DNA from: a bacterium
GTDB taxonomy: Bacteria; Zhuqueibacterota; Zhuqueibacteria; Oceanimicrobiales; Oceanimicrobiaceae
DNA: 11,209 nt
Assembly (NCBI GenBank): GCA_046757525.1
Contig: JBHHYI010000136.1
Coordinates: 1-11,209 of the forward strand
Reading direction: 5' to 3'
The notes below the pieces were generated by a model that ran no database searches, was not told the DNA's origin, and worked only from the letters and a program-made list of their open reading frames with translations. The position numbers were made by a program, and so were the translations under genes. Below are positions 1-8,418 of the stretch, piece after piece; the stretch's first letter is position 1, and each line of letters begins with the position of its first letter.

Positions 1-290
1 AGGGCACTGATGTAAATCGGGAAATCAGTAACCGACAGCAGATGAAGCGTACCACGCATGCAGCAGGTTTTGACCAACACACGGCTTTCCCACAGCGCCG
101 AATGGAGCTCCGCCCGGGTAAGGTCGTGCAGCCTTGCCCACAGAGCCATTTGCGCCGCACTCATTACTTGCGCCTGGACACCGCAAACGTCCTGGCTAAC
201 CGTGGTCAGATCCGCCTGATTCCCATCAACGAAGTGATGACGGGCTAATCGAAATGCTGCAACCTGAGTCTGTGTCAAGAAATATTTCAT
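1..290 (-). CDS. AlkZ/YcaQ-family (HTH_42, winged-helix) DNA glycosylase, AlkZ-like subtype; 5' part only, runs off the left edge
   Basis: Not in the ORF track. Manual translation from ATG at 290: MKYFLTQTQVAAFRLARHHFVDGNQADLTTVSQDVCGVQAQVMSAAQMALWARLHDLTRAELHSALWESRVLVKTCCMRGTLHLLSVTDFPIYISA.., open to the window end. It contains the GxQAQ (QxQ, Q39/Q41) catalytic motif, LWAR and MRGTLH motifs typical of AlkZ-like proteins. Exact start is uncertain because AAGGA directly abuts the ATG. Confidence 0.88.
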   Translation of the reverse strand, partial: MKYFLTQTQVAAFRLARHHFVDGNQADLTTVSQDVCGVQAQVMSAAQMALWARLHDLTRAELHSALWESRVLVKTCCMRGTLHLLSVTDFPIYISA

Positions 291-323
291 TCCTTTGTTC
301 TTATGGTTTTGTCTTGCAGCCAA

Positions 324-3287
324 CTACTGCTTAACCACCCCAAGCTTGAACTGTGCTTTGGATTGTTTCCCCACACAAATATAACCGCCGTTGGCCACCA
401 TCTGGCCCTTGCCGTTGAGGCCGTCCCAAACGAAGTCCAGGGACCCGGCCTTGGTCGTAAGGGTGCGAACCAGATTGCCAAAGAAGTCGTAAATCTTCAC
501 CTCGGTCTCCTTGGGATCATTGAACCGAATGGTCAAACGGCCTTTCATGGGATTGTAAGGATTCGGAAACGCAAACATTCGCTTTAGAAAGCTTTGATCT
601 TGAAACACAAAGCCGGTGGTGAATGCCTGGCTCTCGTTTCCCGCCCCGTCGATGACTTTGAGCGAAAGTCGAATGGGTGTTGGCCCGCCTCCCGGCGTTT
701 GCAGCAGGTAGCTTAATGTGGTCTTCACCTGCCCGCTCGAGTCGGCAAAGTTTGAAGCGGCACCCAATTGGTCATTTTCCAATATCTCATAGTTCCAGAT
801 CTCTCCGTTGCGGGCATCGTTGGCCACCACGCTTACTTGCAAGTCGCGGGCAAAGACCCAGGTCTGGCCATCGATGACCTCTGCGTTGGCAATAGCCACC
901 GAGACGATTTTCGGAGCCGAGGCGTCCTGGGTGGACATGACCGTGTCTGAGTAAACCATTCTGTTCTGGGGGTCCCGGGCCTTAAGCCAGTAGCAATATT
1001 TCGAGCCGTCGCTCAGCCCCTCGAAGGTGTAACAGGTCGCCCCGGCATCGTCGAGAAAAACCGAATCCTCCGGGGCAAAGTCACAATCTTCATCCACAAA
1101 CAGACGGAGGTTGGCCACACTGCCCGAAACGCTCCAGCAAACCGTATTCGACAGTCCGGGGGTGAATTCCGGTTCAGGCAACAGCGTAATTTCCGGTCGC
1201 CCGACAAAAGTGCAAACGGCCTGGCCACCAGCCGTCTGGACGTTGCGCAGCGAATCGAACGGTTGAATCTGGTAGACGAAGGTGGCGCCGGCAGCCTGGT
1301 CCGGGAAGCGATCGGTGTATTCTGTTTGCTCAAATGTGACGGAATCGATCAAAACCTGATTGCGCAAAATCAGGTAGCCTTGCAAGCCGCTGCAAGCACC
1401 GGGATCCACGGTTGCGCTCCAGGCAATGTGAATGCTGTTTAAGCTCTGCTCACAGCTCAGAACGGTCACGCTGTCGGGCGGCGTGGCGTCCAGAAACACC
1501 GCGGCGGTCGACAAGGCGCTTCCGTTGCCAGCCCCGTCGATGACTTTGGCAGTCAGGGCGATGGACTGGCACTCAGGCGCAGTTAGTGAAAACGGCAGTG
1601 TGGTGTTCAATTGCCGCGAAGAGTCGGGATTGCTGCGCAGGGCGGCCGGCAAGCTGTTCTCGCTGATCTGAAAATTCCAGATCTGCCCGGGCACTTGGTC
1701 TTCCGCAAGCAAGCGTAATTGAATGTTGCGCGTTTTGACCCAGTCGCGCCCGGCTATGGTCGTCTTGTGCAGCACCTCAAGCGAGGTGATTTCAGGAGGC
1801 GTGGCGTCCTGCACCGACATCACGGTGTCGGAGTAAACAACTCTTTGTTGCTCGTCCTCAGCCCGAATCCAATAACAGTAGCGTTTGCCATCTTCCAGGT
1901 TTGAGAAAGTGGCCCGGGTGACCGCAGGGTCTTGCACGCTTACCGAGTCGTCGACCACAAAATCGCATTCGGCGTCCAGAAAGATTTTGAGACTGGCGAT
2001 GGCACCGGAAGCCCTCCAGAAAACGGTGTTGCTGGCACCGGGGGTAAACCGAGGCTCTGCAAACAAGGTAACTTGCGGGCCGGCCCGGAAAATGCAGCTT
2101 GCCGTTCCACCGCGGCTTTGAACGTTACCAAGAGAATCAAAGGGCAGAATCCGGTAGACAAACAAAGTGTCGGGAGTTTCCGCCGGGAAATCTTCCCGAA
2201 ATTCCGTGGTCGTATTGTCGAGGGTGGCGATCAAGACCCCGTCGCGGAGCACGCGATAACCCATGAGACCGACCCCAGGTGCTGGATCGGACGAACCGGT
2301 CCACTGGAGCTCGATGCTGTTGCGAGTTTGCGTGCAGGCCAGGTCCACGCTGGCCGGGGGCCTGGTGTCGATGTTGACCTGCACCTGTGCCGGACTGTTC
2401 GACAGCGGCACGCCGCCGTTGCCAGCCAATTGCAGGCTCGAACCGCAGCTCTCCGGCGTGTGGGTGGCATCTTTGCCTTCGACGCGGAACGCGTAGCAGC
2501 CGTCCGGCAGGTTCTGCACAAAAGCAGCTTGTGCGGATTGGAGAAATACGAATCCGGAATCGCTGGCCGTGCCCGGATAGGTGGAATCAGCCACCGAGGC
2601 TGGCCAGCCGGTTTCGGTGCAGGTACGCCGGAACAGCGAGGCCTGCCAGACGCCAGCACCATCGCGCAAACCCGCCAGAATTCGAACCGACGGCGTGTTC
2701 AGCCAGCCAGGTACGGGTGTGGAACTCAACTGGGGAATGGTCACGTTTTCGACCACGGGTGGTTCAGAATCCTGAGTAGAGCGGGTAAAGTTGCTCAAAG
2801 GACTACAATGGAAAATGATGTCGACAATGACCCCGTTCTCCTTCACCAGCTCACCGACGATTAAATCCATGAAATAGTGGTAGGTGGTGCCGTTTAAAAG
2901 AGGCGTGCCCGCGATGTCGACCAATTGGGTGGAGGTGCTGTCTAAGTTGACCAGAGTCCGTTCGATGGTGGTGTCAGCGCCGGTCACCACAAAGGTGCGC
3001 ACCAGCGGCTGGTAAATCTTTTCCTGAACAATGGGAATCTGGGCGCGAGACGGCAACCGGAAGCAAACCTGGTTCGTACTGCCGATGGTAAAGCGTGGTT
3101 CGGGCACAAGCGTGGGTGCTGGCAGATCTTCAACGCAGCCTGCTGCCTGCATCAACTTGAGATATTCCGTCAACGCCAAAGGCTTGCTAAAATCGACCGC
3201 TTGCCTGGACTGCGCCCAAAGGTGGGTCGCCGCTAACCCAAGCAATAGCAAGGGTAAAACAAATTTTTTGAGATAAGGTTTCTCCAC
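324..3287 (-). CDS. Secreted 987-aa FN3/Ig-like repeat protein with C-terminal FlgD-Ig / T9SS type A-like sorting domain
   Basis: GTG start with GAGGG about 5 nt upstream. Signal peptide MEKPYLKKFVLPLLLLGLAATHLWA|Q. Repeated FN3-like motifs (IELQW..GYRVLRDG..FVYRILPFDSLGN) and DGAGN Ig-like motifs. C-terminus AFPNPYNP..VKIYDFFGNLVRTL..WDGLNGKGQMVANGGY. No catalytic motif recognised. Confidence 0.9.
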   Translation of the reverse strand: MEKPYLKKFVLPLLLLGLAATHLWAQSRQAVDFSKPLALTEYLKLMQAAGCVEDLPAPTLVPEPRFTIGSTNQVCFRLPSRAQIPIVQEKIYQPLVRTFVVTGADTTIERTLVNLDSTSTQLVDIAGTPLLNGTTYHYFMDLIVGELVKENGVIVDIIFHCSPLSNFTRSTQDSEPPVVENVTIPQLSSTPVPGWLNTPSVRILAGLRDGAGVWQASLFRRTCTETGWPASVADSTYPGTASDSGFVFLQSAQAAFVQNLPDGCYAFRVEGKDATHTPESCGSSLQLAGNGGVPLSNSPAQVQVNIDTRPPASVDLACTQTRNSIELQWTGSSDPAPGVGLMGYRVLRDGVLIATLDNTTTEFREDFPAETPDTLFVYRILPFDSLGNVQSRGGTASCIFRAGPQVTLFAEPRFTPGASNTVFWRASGAIASLKIFLDAECDFVVDDSVSVQDPAVTRATFSNLEDGKRYCYWIRAEDEQQRVVYSDTVMSVQDATPPEITSLEVLHKTTIAGRDWVKTRNIQLRLLAEDQVPGQIWNFQISENSLPAALRSNPDSSRQLNTTLPFSLTAPECQSIALTAKVIDGAGNGSALSTAAVFLDATPPDSVTVLSCEQSLNSIHIAWSATVDPGACSGLQGYLILRNQVLIDSVTFEQTEYTDRFPDQAAGATFVYQIQPFDSLRNVQTAGGQAVCTFVGRPEITLLPEPEFTPGLSNTVCWSVSGSVANLRLFVDEDCDFAPEDSVFLDDAGATCYTFEGLSDGSKYCYWLKARDPQNRMVYSDTVMSTQDASAPKIVSVAIANAEVIDGQTWVFARDLQVSVVANDARNGEIWNYEILENDQLGAASNFADSSGQVKTTLSYLLQTPGGGPTPIRLSLKVIDGAGNESQAFTTGFVFQDQSFLKRMFAFPNPYNPMKGRLTIRFNDPKETEVKIYDFFGNLVRTLTTKAGSLDFVWDGLNGKGQMVANGGYICVGKQSKAQFKLGVVKQ
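600..2370 (-). repeat. Internal tandem duplication of about 293 aa (about 880 bp per unit) inside the 987-aa protein
   Basis: Unit 1 (about 2370-1491) and unit 2 (about 1490-600) align by eye: DTRPPASV/DATPPDSV, FVYRILPFDSLGNVQSRGG/FVYQIQPFDSLRNVQTAGG, EPRFTPGASNTV/EPEFTPGLSNTV, YCYWIRAED..VYSDTVMSVQDA/YCYWLKARD..VYSDTVMSTQDA, GQIWNFQISEN/GEIWNYEILEN, KVIDGAGN twice. A diverged partial third copy starts at EPRFTIGSTN (about 3104). Boundaries are approximate. Confidence 0.85.
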
Positions 3288-3328
3288 TCCATCCCTCGTT
3301 TCTCTTGCAAAAAAGCAAAAGCCGACAT

Positions 3329-3430
3329 GTCATTGCCCAGAGTCCGCACCCACTTTGTTGATCGAAGCATGTGGTAACGGACGACGAAGCAATCTCACGG
3401 CTAAGATTTCAAGCAATTGCTTCGCTCCAG
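3329..3430. repeat. Degenerate REP/RPE-like palindromic element between the two large genes
   Basis: Perfect 9-bp inverted repeat CGAAGCAAT (3385-3393) / ATTGCTTCG (3416-3424), preceded by GTCATTGC (3329-3336) and a GTCCG/CGGAC pair (3342-3346 / 3378-3382). From recall, it resembles the widespread GTCATTGCGAG..CGAAGCAATC..GATTGCTTCG palindromic repeat family. Confidence 0.55.
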
Positions 3431-3441
3431 GTCACTTGTCC

Positions 3442-6400
3442 TTATTTCAACAAAATCATCTTCTCCGTTTTGACAAAGGAGCCAGCTCGCATTCGGTACA
3501 CGTACAGTCCGCTGCTGCTCATTGCGCCAAAATCGTTCCGGCCGTCCCACTGCACGGTAAACTCACCAGGCGGCTTTTCTTCGTCTATTAGAGTTCGAAC
3601 TTTTTGACCAGTTAGGTTGAAAATCTCCAGGACCACGCGCAATCCGCGCCCTGCTTTTTCCGGCACCGCAAAGCGAATGGTGGTCGTGGGGTTGAAAGGA
3701 TTGGGATAATTCTGCCTCAGAGCAAATTCTTGCGGCAGTTGCAGCGACGAAACCCTGGAGACAAATGTGTTGCCTAACGAATCCAACGGCATCGAAAAAG
3801 TCTGAGACCAGGCGCTGCTGAAAGCTGCACTGATCTGCGCTTTAATGCGCCAGAAAACTACCGGCTGCCAGTTCTGCTTAAACTCGTAACAAAGCGAATC
3901 CAGCGGTCCCGCCCGTTCAGTAGCGAAGGGATTGCCGAAGAATTCGGGATTGTTGGTCACCTCGATCACATAAAAAATCTGCGGAGCACCGCTGTTGCTT
4001 TCATTGGCGTCCCAGCAAATGGTGTTTTTGTCGATGAGCCGGCTGGCCGTGGGTGGTGCCAGCTCGACTTCCAGGCTGCAAGCCACAGCAAACACCTGGC
4101 GATTGCCAACACTGTCCACAGCGTGCACCTGCCACTGCGTGTCGAAGAAATCGCTGTCAATAACCAGACGCCGATCGGCAAAGTTGTGAACGGCCGCCCG
4201 CGTCGAATCCCGACCAACGACCTGGCCGTTGCGCTCTACTTCATAAAACCGCACACCGCTGCACTGGTCCTTGACTTCATTCCAGTGCAAAAACACATCG
4301 ACAGTGTCCGGGCCAACAAAAAAGGGGGCCGTCACAGAATCGATAAAACAAGCGGCGATTTCAGGCGGCACGATGTCGAAATTGCCGGAAAACTTGCCGA
4401 ATTCCTGGTAGTCAGACGACCAGGGAGAAACGTGCCCCCACCGGTCCTTGGCCCTGACGCGCGCGTACAAAACGTCGTTTTGGTCGCTGGCAAAGGGATA
4501 ATCCGTTTCGCGCCGGAAGCTCTGCGCTTTGCGCAAACTCAACCAATTCGATTGCGTAACTTTGAATCCAAATTGCGGGTCGATGCTCAACTGCACCATC
4601 ACGCTGTCCGCGCCAAAAGTCGAGTCTGTCGGCACCAACCTTTCGTCAACCCAGGCCCAATCGAGGGTAACGCCATCGCGAAAGCAAACCGGATCGAATG
4701 CTTGCGGCCTGGGCGTGAACAGCCATTTTGGTTCAAAGCCCACCAGCCTTGTCGTGGTGGTCAGCGACCTCTGGTCCAGGGAATCGATGGCAGTGACGGT
4801 AAACCCGTAGCTCTGGGACAGCTCCAGGCCAGAGACGCGCACGGTGTCGCTGTGCAACACCAGGGTCGAATCCGCCACAACGTTGCGCCCGGCGGACTTC
4901 CAGTTTACGACAAACGCGCTCACCGCCACCTCCGGATAGCCTTGCCAGGAAAGAAAAACAGACCCGCTAACAGAATCCGGGGGTACGGGTAACGCCTGCG
5001 CGACAAAATCTACGGGCACCGGCAGGTTGTCGAAGGGAACGACCAGCGTGTTAGAGAACGGGCTGGCAAAAGTTTCGGCACAGCTTTGCCCCTCGTTGGC
5101 CAACAGGACTTCACGGACGCGAAAAAGGTAGGTGTGCATGGGCAGTGCATTTAACAGCTTGAAACAGGTGTCCTTAAAGACCGATTCGCTCACAAAGGGT
5201 GGAATGGTCAGGGAGTCTTGAAAAACCTCCACGAAAGCGTCGAACGCACCGCTGCCCGCGGTTCTGGGAAAGGGCCGCTGCCAGCAAACGGTAATCGTGT
5301 TTCCTTCAATGGTGGTATTCGAGGCGTCGAAAACGGGCGGCCGATTGGGATATTGGCTCACCACGGCCCCTTTCTCGCTTTGCAGGCCAAAACAATCGAA
5401 GGCCCTGACCTCATAGAAATTGCACTGGTAAACGACGAGAGAGTCTTGTGCAAACTTTTGCACCCAACGCAAACTGTCCCCAGGGAGGCTCACTGTGGGA
5501 ACTTGCGGTGGAGATTCCCCTTCTCGCCAGGTGAAGAGCTGGTATTCTACGATGTCGGTCGAATCCGGGTGGCTCCAGCTCACGATGATGTCTCCAGTCG
5601 CCCGGCTGTCCTGAACCGCGGTCAGATTCTCGACAGCCCGCAAGCGCGTCTTTTTCTTCACCACCAGAGTGTTGGAATAAATCGTGGTGTCCTTGTTGCT
5701 GTAGAAGGCACGCACCCTGACGCCGTACAGGCCATCTCCCCCTGGCAGCGGACATCTGATCCGGCTGGCCACCGGTGCGGCAACGACCTTGACCGTCTTT
5801 TGCTGGTTCAGAAAGCTCTCGATTTCCACCTGAAAGCCGGCAACACCTGCAATGTCGAAATTCTGCCAGCCCAGGCTCACCGAATCTCCGGTGACCCCTG
5901 TGAGCCCAGAAGGGCAGCGGATGCTCTGCGACAGGTCGGCGAAAATCTCTGGACCGACCAGGGCGCGCAGAGAGACTTGCCAATTGGAGTCGTCGATGGA
6001 CCTCAGATTGCCCACGCGGTCTACAGAACCGATTTTGTATTGGACGATTTTGTTGCTGCTGATGCGCGAAAGCGTGTCGCAAAAGGCGGTCAGATTTCCA
6101 GAAATGGTGTCCAGGGCTGTAAAACTATTGCCGTCATCCTCGCTCCGAAATACCAGGTAAGAGTCAACCCCGCTATTAGGGTCGAAGGCGGCATCCCAGC
6201 TTAGATTAATGCAGCCGTCTTCACCGCCCGGAAACAGCTCCGTCTCGGCCTGGAGGTTGCTGATATCCCCGGCCGGGAAAAAGTCCTGCACCGCTGACAC
6301 GGTGTCGGACCAGATGCTCAAGTTGCCGTGGACGTCCTTGGCTTGCACGCGGTACAAATAGGCATGCCCGTTGACAAAGTTAGGACCTTGCCCTTCGGGG

Positions 6401-8175
6401 AGAAGGTCAAACTGGTAACAAAAGGGCACGGGCAGATCGTCCACGGCGATCCAGCCGCTGTCAAAAAACGACTTCCCTTCGTCTTGCGGCCGGTGATTGC
6501 TAAACAGCGTCTCCAGGTCCCGCACGGCCTGAAACCGAAGGGAATCGGTGGCGCGAAAGCCGCGACATTCGGGCAGCGTTTCGGGATCGACGATGCAAAT
6601 GGTATTGGAGAGTCCCCGGCCAAACTTGGCGCCCCTTTCATCTTCAAAGACAAACCAGCGGTTGACAATCGGCTTACAACGTCCATTTAAATCCAAAATG
6701 ACCGGTCCGGAAGCCAGGCCCTCGCTGTCATTGTCGGCTGCGTCGATGGCGTCGACTTTGTATTTGAAGGTCTGGAGGTCATGGTCGCTGCCCAGGGAGT
6801 CGGTGTAGCTGATCAATTGCTTGGAAGGTAACGGCAGGCTCCCATCGACCGGCTTGACAAAGACGACGTACATCAGATCGGCAAACTCTTTGAACACGGC
6901 ACCGTCCGCAAAATTGCCGCCCAAAGTGACCCGGCCAGCCGGGAGAACATGGGTGCTCTTGAAGACCTTCAGCCCCCTGAATTTGGGTGCGTTTTTGTCA
7001 GTGAGTACCTGTCGCAAACCTGCGAAGCGAAAATTACTCGTCAGCCACAAAGGCAGGGTGTCGATTCTCGGATCAAAAGCGACGTAGACGTAAGAAGGCA
7101 CGGCTAATTGAAAACTGAGAAAATCGTCTGCCTCTGCCCAGAGATCCCGAAGTCCCGTCCTGATCATGGTCGTGCCCTTGAGTTCTTTGGGCAGCTCCAG
7201 AATGGTAACCGTTTCCCGGTGTGGCACAAAGAGGGTATCCTCGGTGTCCGTGTACAGCGATTGCCCTCGCTTGGCAATCACAGGGTAGTAGTTGGCAGGC
7301 GCGATGTCGCTGACAGGGAAAAAATCCACGGTGTCGAGCCGAACGAAATCGGTGACCACGGGAGCGACTTGTTTGCGAGAAATGACGTACTTTGCCACAA
7401 AGCTGATGCCGTCCTGTTGCAAAGGCCAGCGCAAGGTCACGGCGCCAGCTTGGCTCACGGAAAAATTCGTCACGGAAACTCGAGGCGGCGGTGTATTGTC
7501 CTGCACGGAATAAACCACGTTCGATTTTACCGAATTAGCCTCCTGGCCGGAAAGGGGCGTCCTCACCACGTAGTAGCCCAGTCGCACGCCCTCGGGCAAA
7601 CCCTGCAATACTTCACAGCCTTCGCTTTCCGAGGACGTCACAGGCCCCGTCTTTCTCTGCAAGGATGACGGCACTCGAATGAGGTTGTAGCTGGCATCTT
7701 TGTCAAAAGGACGCCAACACAATTCGTTGAAAGTCCCCTGGGTAAAGGCCGGCTCTGGCTGCATTTTCGGGATGACGCTGATTCGAATCCGGCGATTTCT
7801 CTCCTGAATTAGCGTCCCATTTTCAAAAAATCGCGCAACGACTTTGAATTCATGCTCCCCGTAATGCTGGCTGGTGGGCTTGAAAAAGAGGGTGTCTGAA
7901 AGGTCGCAAATGGATTCACAAAACACACTCTTGGAATCAAAACCAAAATCAAACGCAGCATTAGAACGCTCAAGCTTGAATTCCAATCTTCCGGTTCCAG
8001 TGGCCGTGGCTGACACGACAATCTTCATGGATTGGCCCGGCTTTAACTGAGCATTTAGATTTCCAATCAAATCGAAACGCGCAATGGGGCTCTGTTCTTG
8101 TGCAAAACTGTTGGCGATGGTCAAGACAGGGATAGAGAAAGAAAGGAGCTTTGTGGTAAGTGTCTGAAGATCCAT
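3442..8175 (-). CDS. Secreted 1577-aa multi-FN3/Ig-like protein with C-terminal FlgD-Ig / T9SS type A-like sorting domain
   Basis: ATG with GAGGAA 6 nt upstream (8182-8187). Probable signal peptide ending SFA|Q. Many FN3-like units (INLSWDAAFDPNSGVDSYLVFRS, YKVDAIDAADN, YGFTVTAIDSL, VHAVDSVGN). C-terminal domain LPQEFALRQNYPNPFNPTTTIRF..IFNLTGQKVRTL..WDGRNDFG..SSGLYVYRM..KMILLK (about 3445-3740). Confidence 0.92.
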   Translation of the reverse strand: MDLQTLTTKLLSFSIPVLTIANSFAQEQSPIARFDLIGNLNAQLKPGQSMKIVVSATATGTGRLEFKLERSNAAFDFGFDSKSVFCESICDLSDTLFFKPTSQHYGEHEFKVVARFFENGTLIQERNRRIRISVIPKMQPEPAFTQGTFNELCWRPFDKDASYNLIRVPSSLQRKTGPVTSSESEGCEVLQGLPEGVRLGYYVVRTPLSGQEANSVKSNVVYSVQDNTPPPRVSVTNFSVSQAGAVTLRWPLQQDGISFVAKYVISRKQVAPVVTDFVRLDTVDFFPVSDIAPANYYPVIAKRGQSLYTDTEDTLFVPHRETVTILELPKELKGTTMIRTGLRDLWAEADDFLSFQLAVPSYVYVAFDPRIDTLPLWLTSNFRFAGLRQVLTDKNAPKFRGLKVFKSTHVLPAGRVTLGGNFADGAVFKEFADLMYVVFVKPVDGSLPLPSKQLISYTDSLGSDHDLQTFKYKVDAIDAADNDSEGLASGPVILDLNGRCKPIVNRWFVFEDERGAKFGRGLSNTICIVDPETLPECRGFRATDSLRFQAVRDLETLFSNHRPQDEGKSFFDSGWIAVDDLPVPFCYQFDLLPEGQGPNFVNGHAYLYRVQAKDVHGNLSIWSDTVSAVQDFFPAGDISNLQAETELFPGGEDGCINLSWDAAFDPNSGVDSYLVFRSEDDGNSFTALDTISGNLTAFCDTLSRISSNKIVQYKIGSVDRVGNLRSIDDSNWQVSLRALVGPEIFADLSQSIRCPSGLTGVTGDSVSLGWQNFDIAGVAGFQVEIESFLNQQKTVKVVAAPVASRIRCPLPGGDGLYGVRVRAFYSNKDTTIYSNTLVVKKKTRLRAVENLTAVQDSRATGDIIVSWSHPDSTDIVEYQLFTWREGESPPQVPTVSLPGDSLRWVQKFAQDSLVVYQCNFYEVRAFDCFGLQSEKGAVVSQYPNRPPVFDASNTTIEGNTITVCWQRPFPRTAGSGAFDAFVEVFQDSLTIPPFVSESVFKDTCFKLLNALPMHTYLFRVREVLLANEGQSCAETFASPFSNTLVVPFDNLPVPVDFVAQALPVPPDSVSGSVFLSWQGYPEVAVSAFVVNWKSAGRNVVADSTLVLHSDTVRVSGLELSQSYGFTVTAIDSLDQRSLTTTTRLVGFEPKWLFTPRPQAFDPVCFRDGVTLDWAWVDERLVPTDSTFGADSVMVQLSIDPQFGFKVTQSNWLSLRKAQSFRRETDYPFASDQNDVLYARVRAKDRWGHVSPWSSDYQEFGKFSGNFDIVPPEIAACFIDSVTAPFFVGPDTVDVFLHWNEVKDQCSGVRFYEVERNGQVVGRDSTRAAVHNFADRRLVIDSDFFDTQWQVHAVDSVGNRQVFAVACSLEVELAPPTASRLIDKNTICWDANESNSGAPQIFYVIEVTNNPEFFGNPFATERAGPLDSLCYEFKQNWQPVVFWRIKAQISAAFSSAWSQTFSMPLDSLGNTFVSRVSSLQLPQEFALRQNYPNPFNPTTTIRFAVPEKAGRGLRVVLEIFNLTGQKVRTLIDEEKPPGEFTVQWDGRNDFGAMSSSGLYVYRMRAGSFVKTEKMILLK

Positions 8176-8418
8176 TGCAAATTCCTCGTAGAGCTATCGT
8201 CGTATAAAGCTCGCATAGTCCCCTGGTACCAAATAGAAAATAACTCTTCAGCCTTCTTCTCGTTTACGACACAATTTAAACGATGACCAAAGCGAGCAGT
8301 GCAAAGTTGTAACGGATAACACAAACAGACTTCAACAAAGGGTGGGAAATAGGAATAAACTTGGCCAGATCTTCGACGTGTGAATCATCACACCAACAAC
8401 TCACAACACTACAGCAGG

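Noticed and set aside
42..248. Plus-strand 68-aa ORF
   Set aside because: Antisense shadow of the AlkZ-like gene.
291..326. The TAG stop of the 987-aa gene is in frame with the AlkZ-like gene (11 sense codons between), suggesting read-through fusion
   Set aside because: One-in-three chance. The sorting domain should be C-terminal, and fusing a secreted protein to a cytoplasmic glycosylase is implausible.
1932..2864. Plus-strand 310-aa ORF
   Set aside because: Antisense shadow of the 987-aa gene, no recognisable motifs.
4123..6204. Plus-strand ORFs of 289 aa and 328 aa and the minus-strand alternative-frame 223-aa ORF
   Set aside because: All lie inside the 1577-aa gene; typical shadow frames of GC-rich coding DNA.
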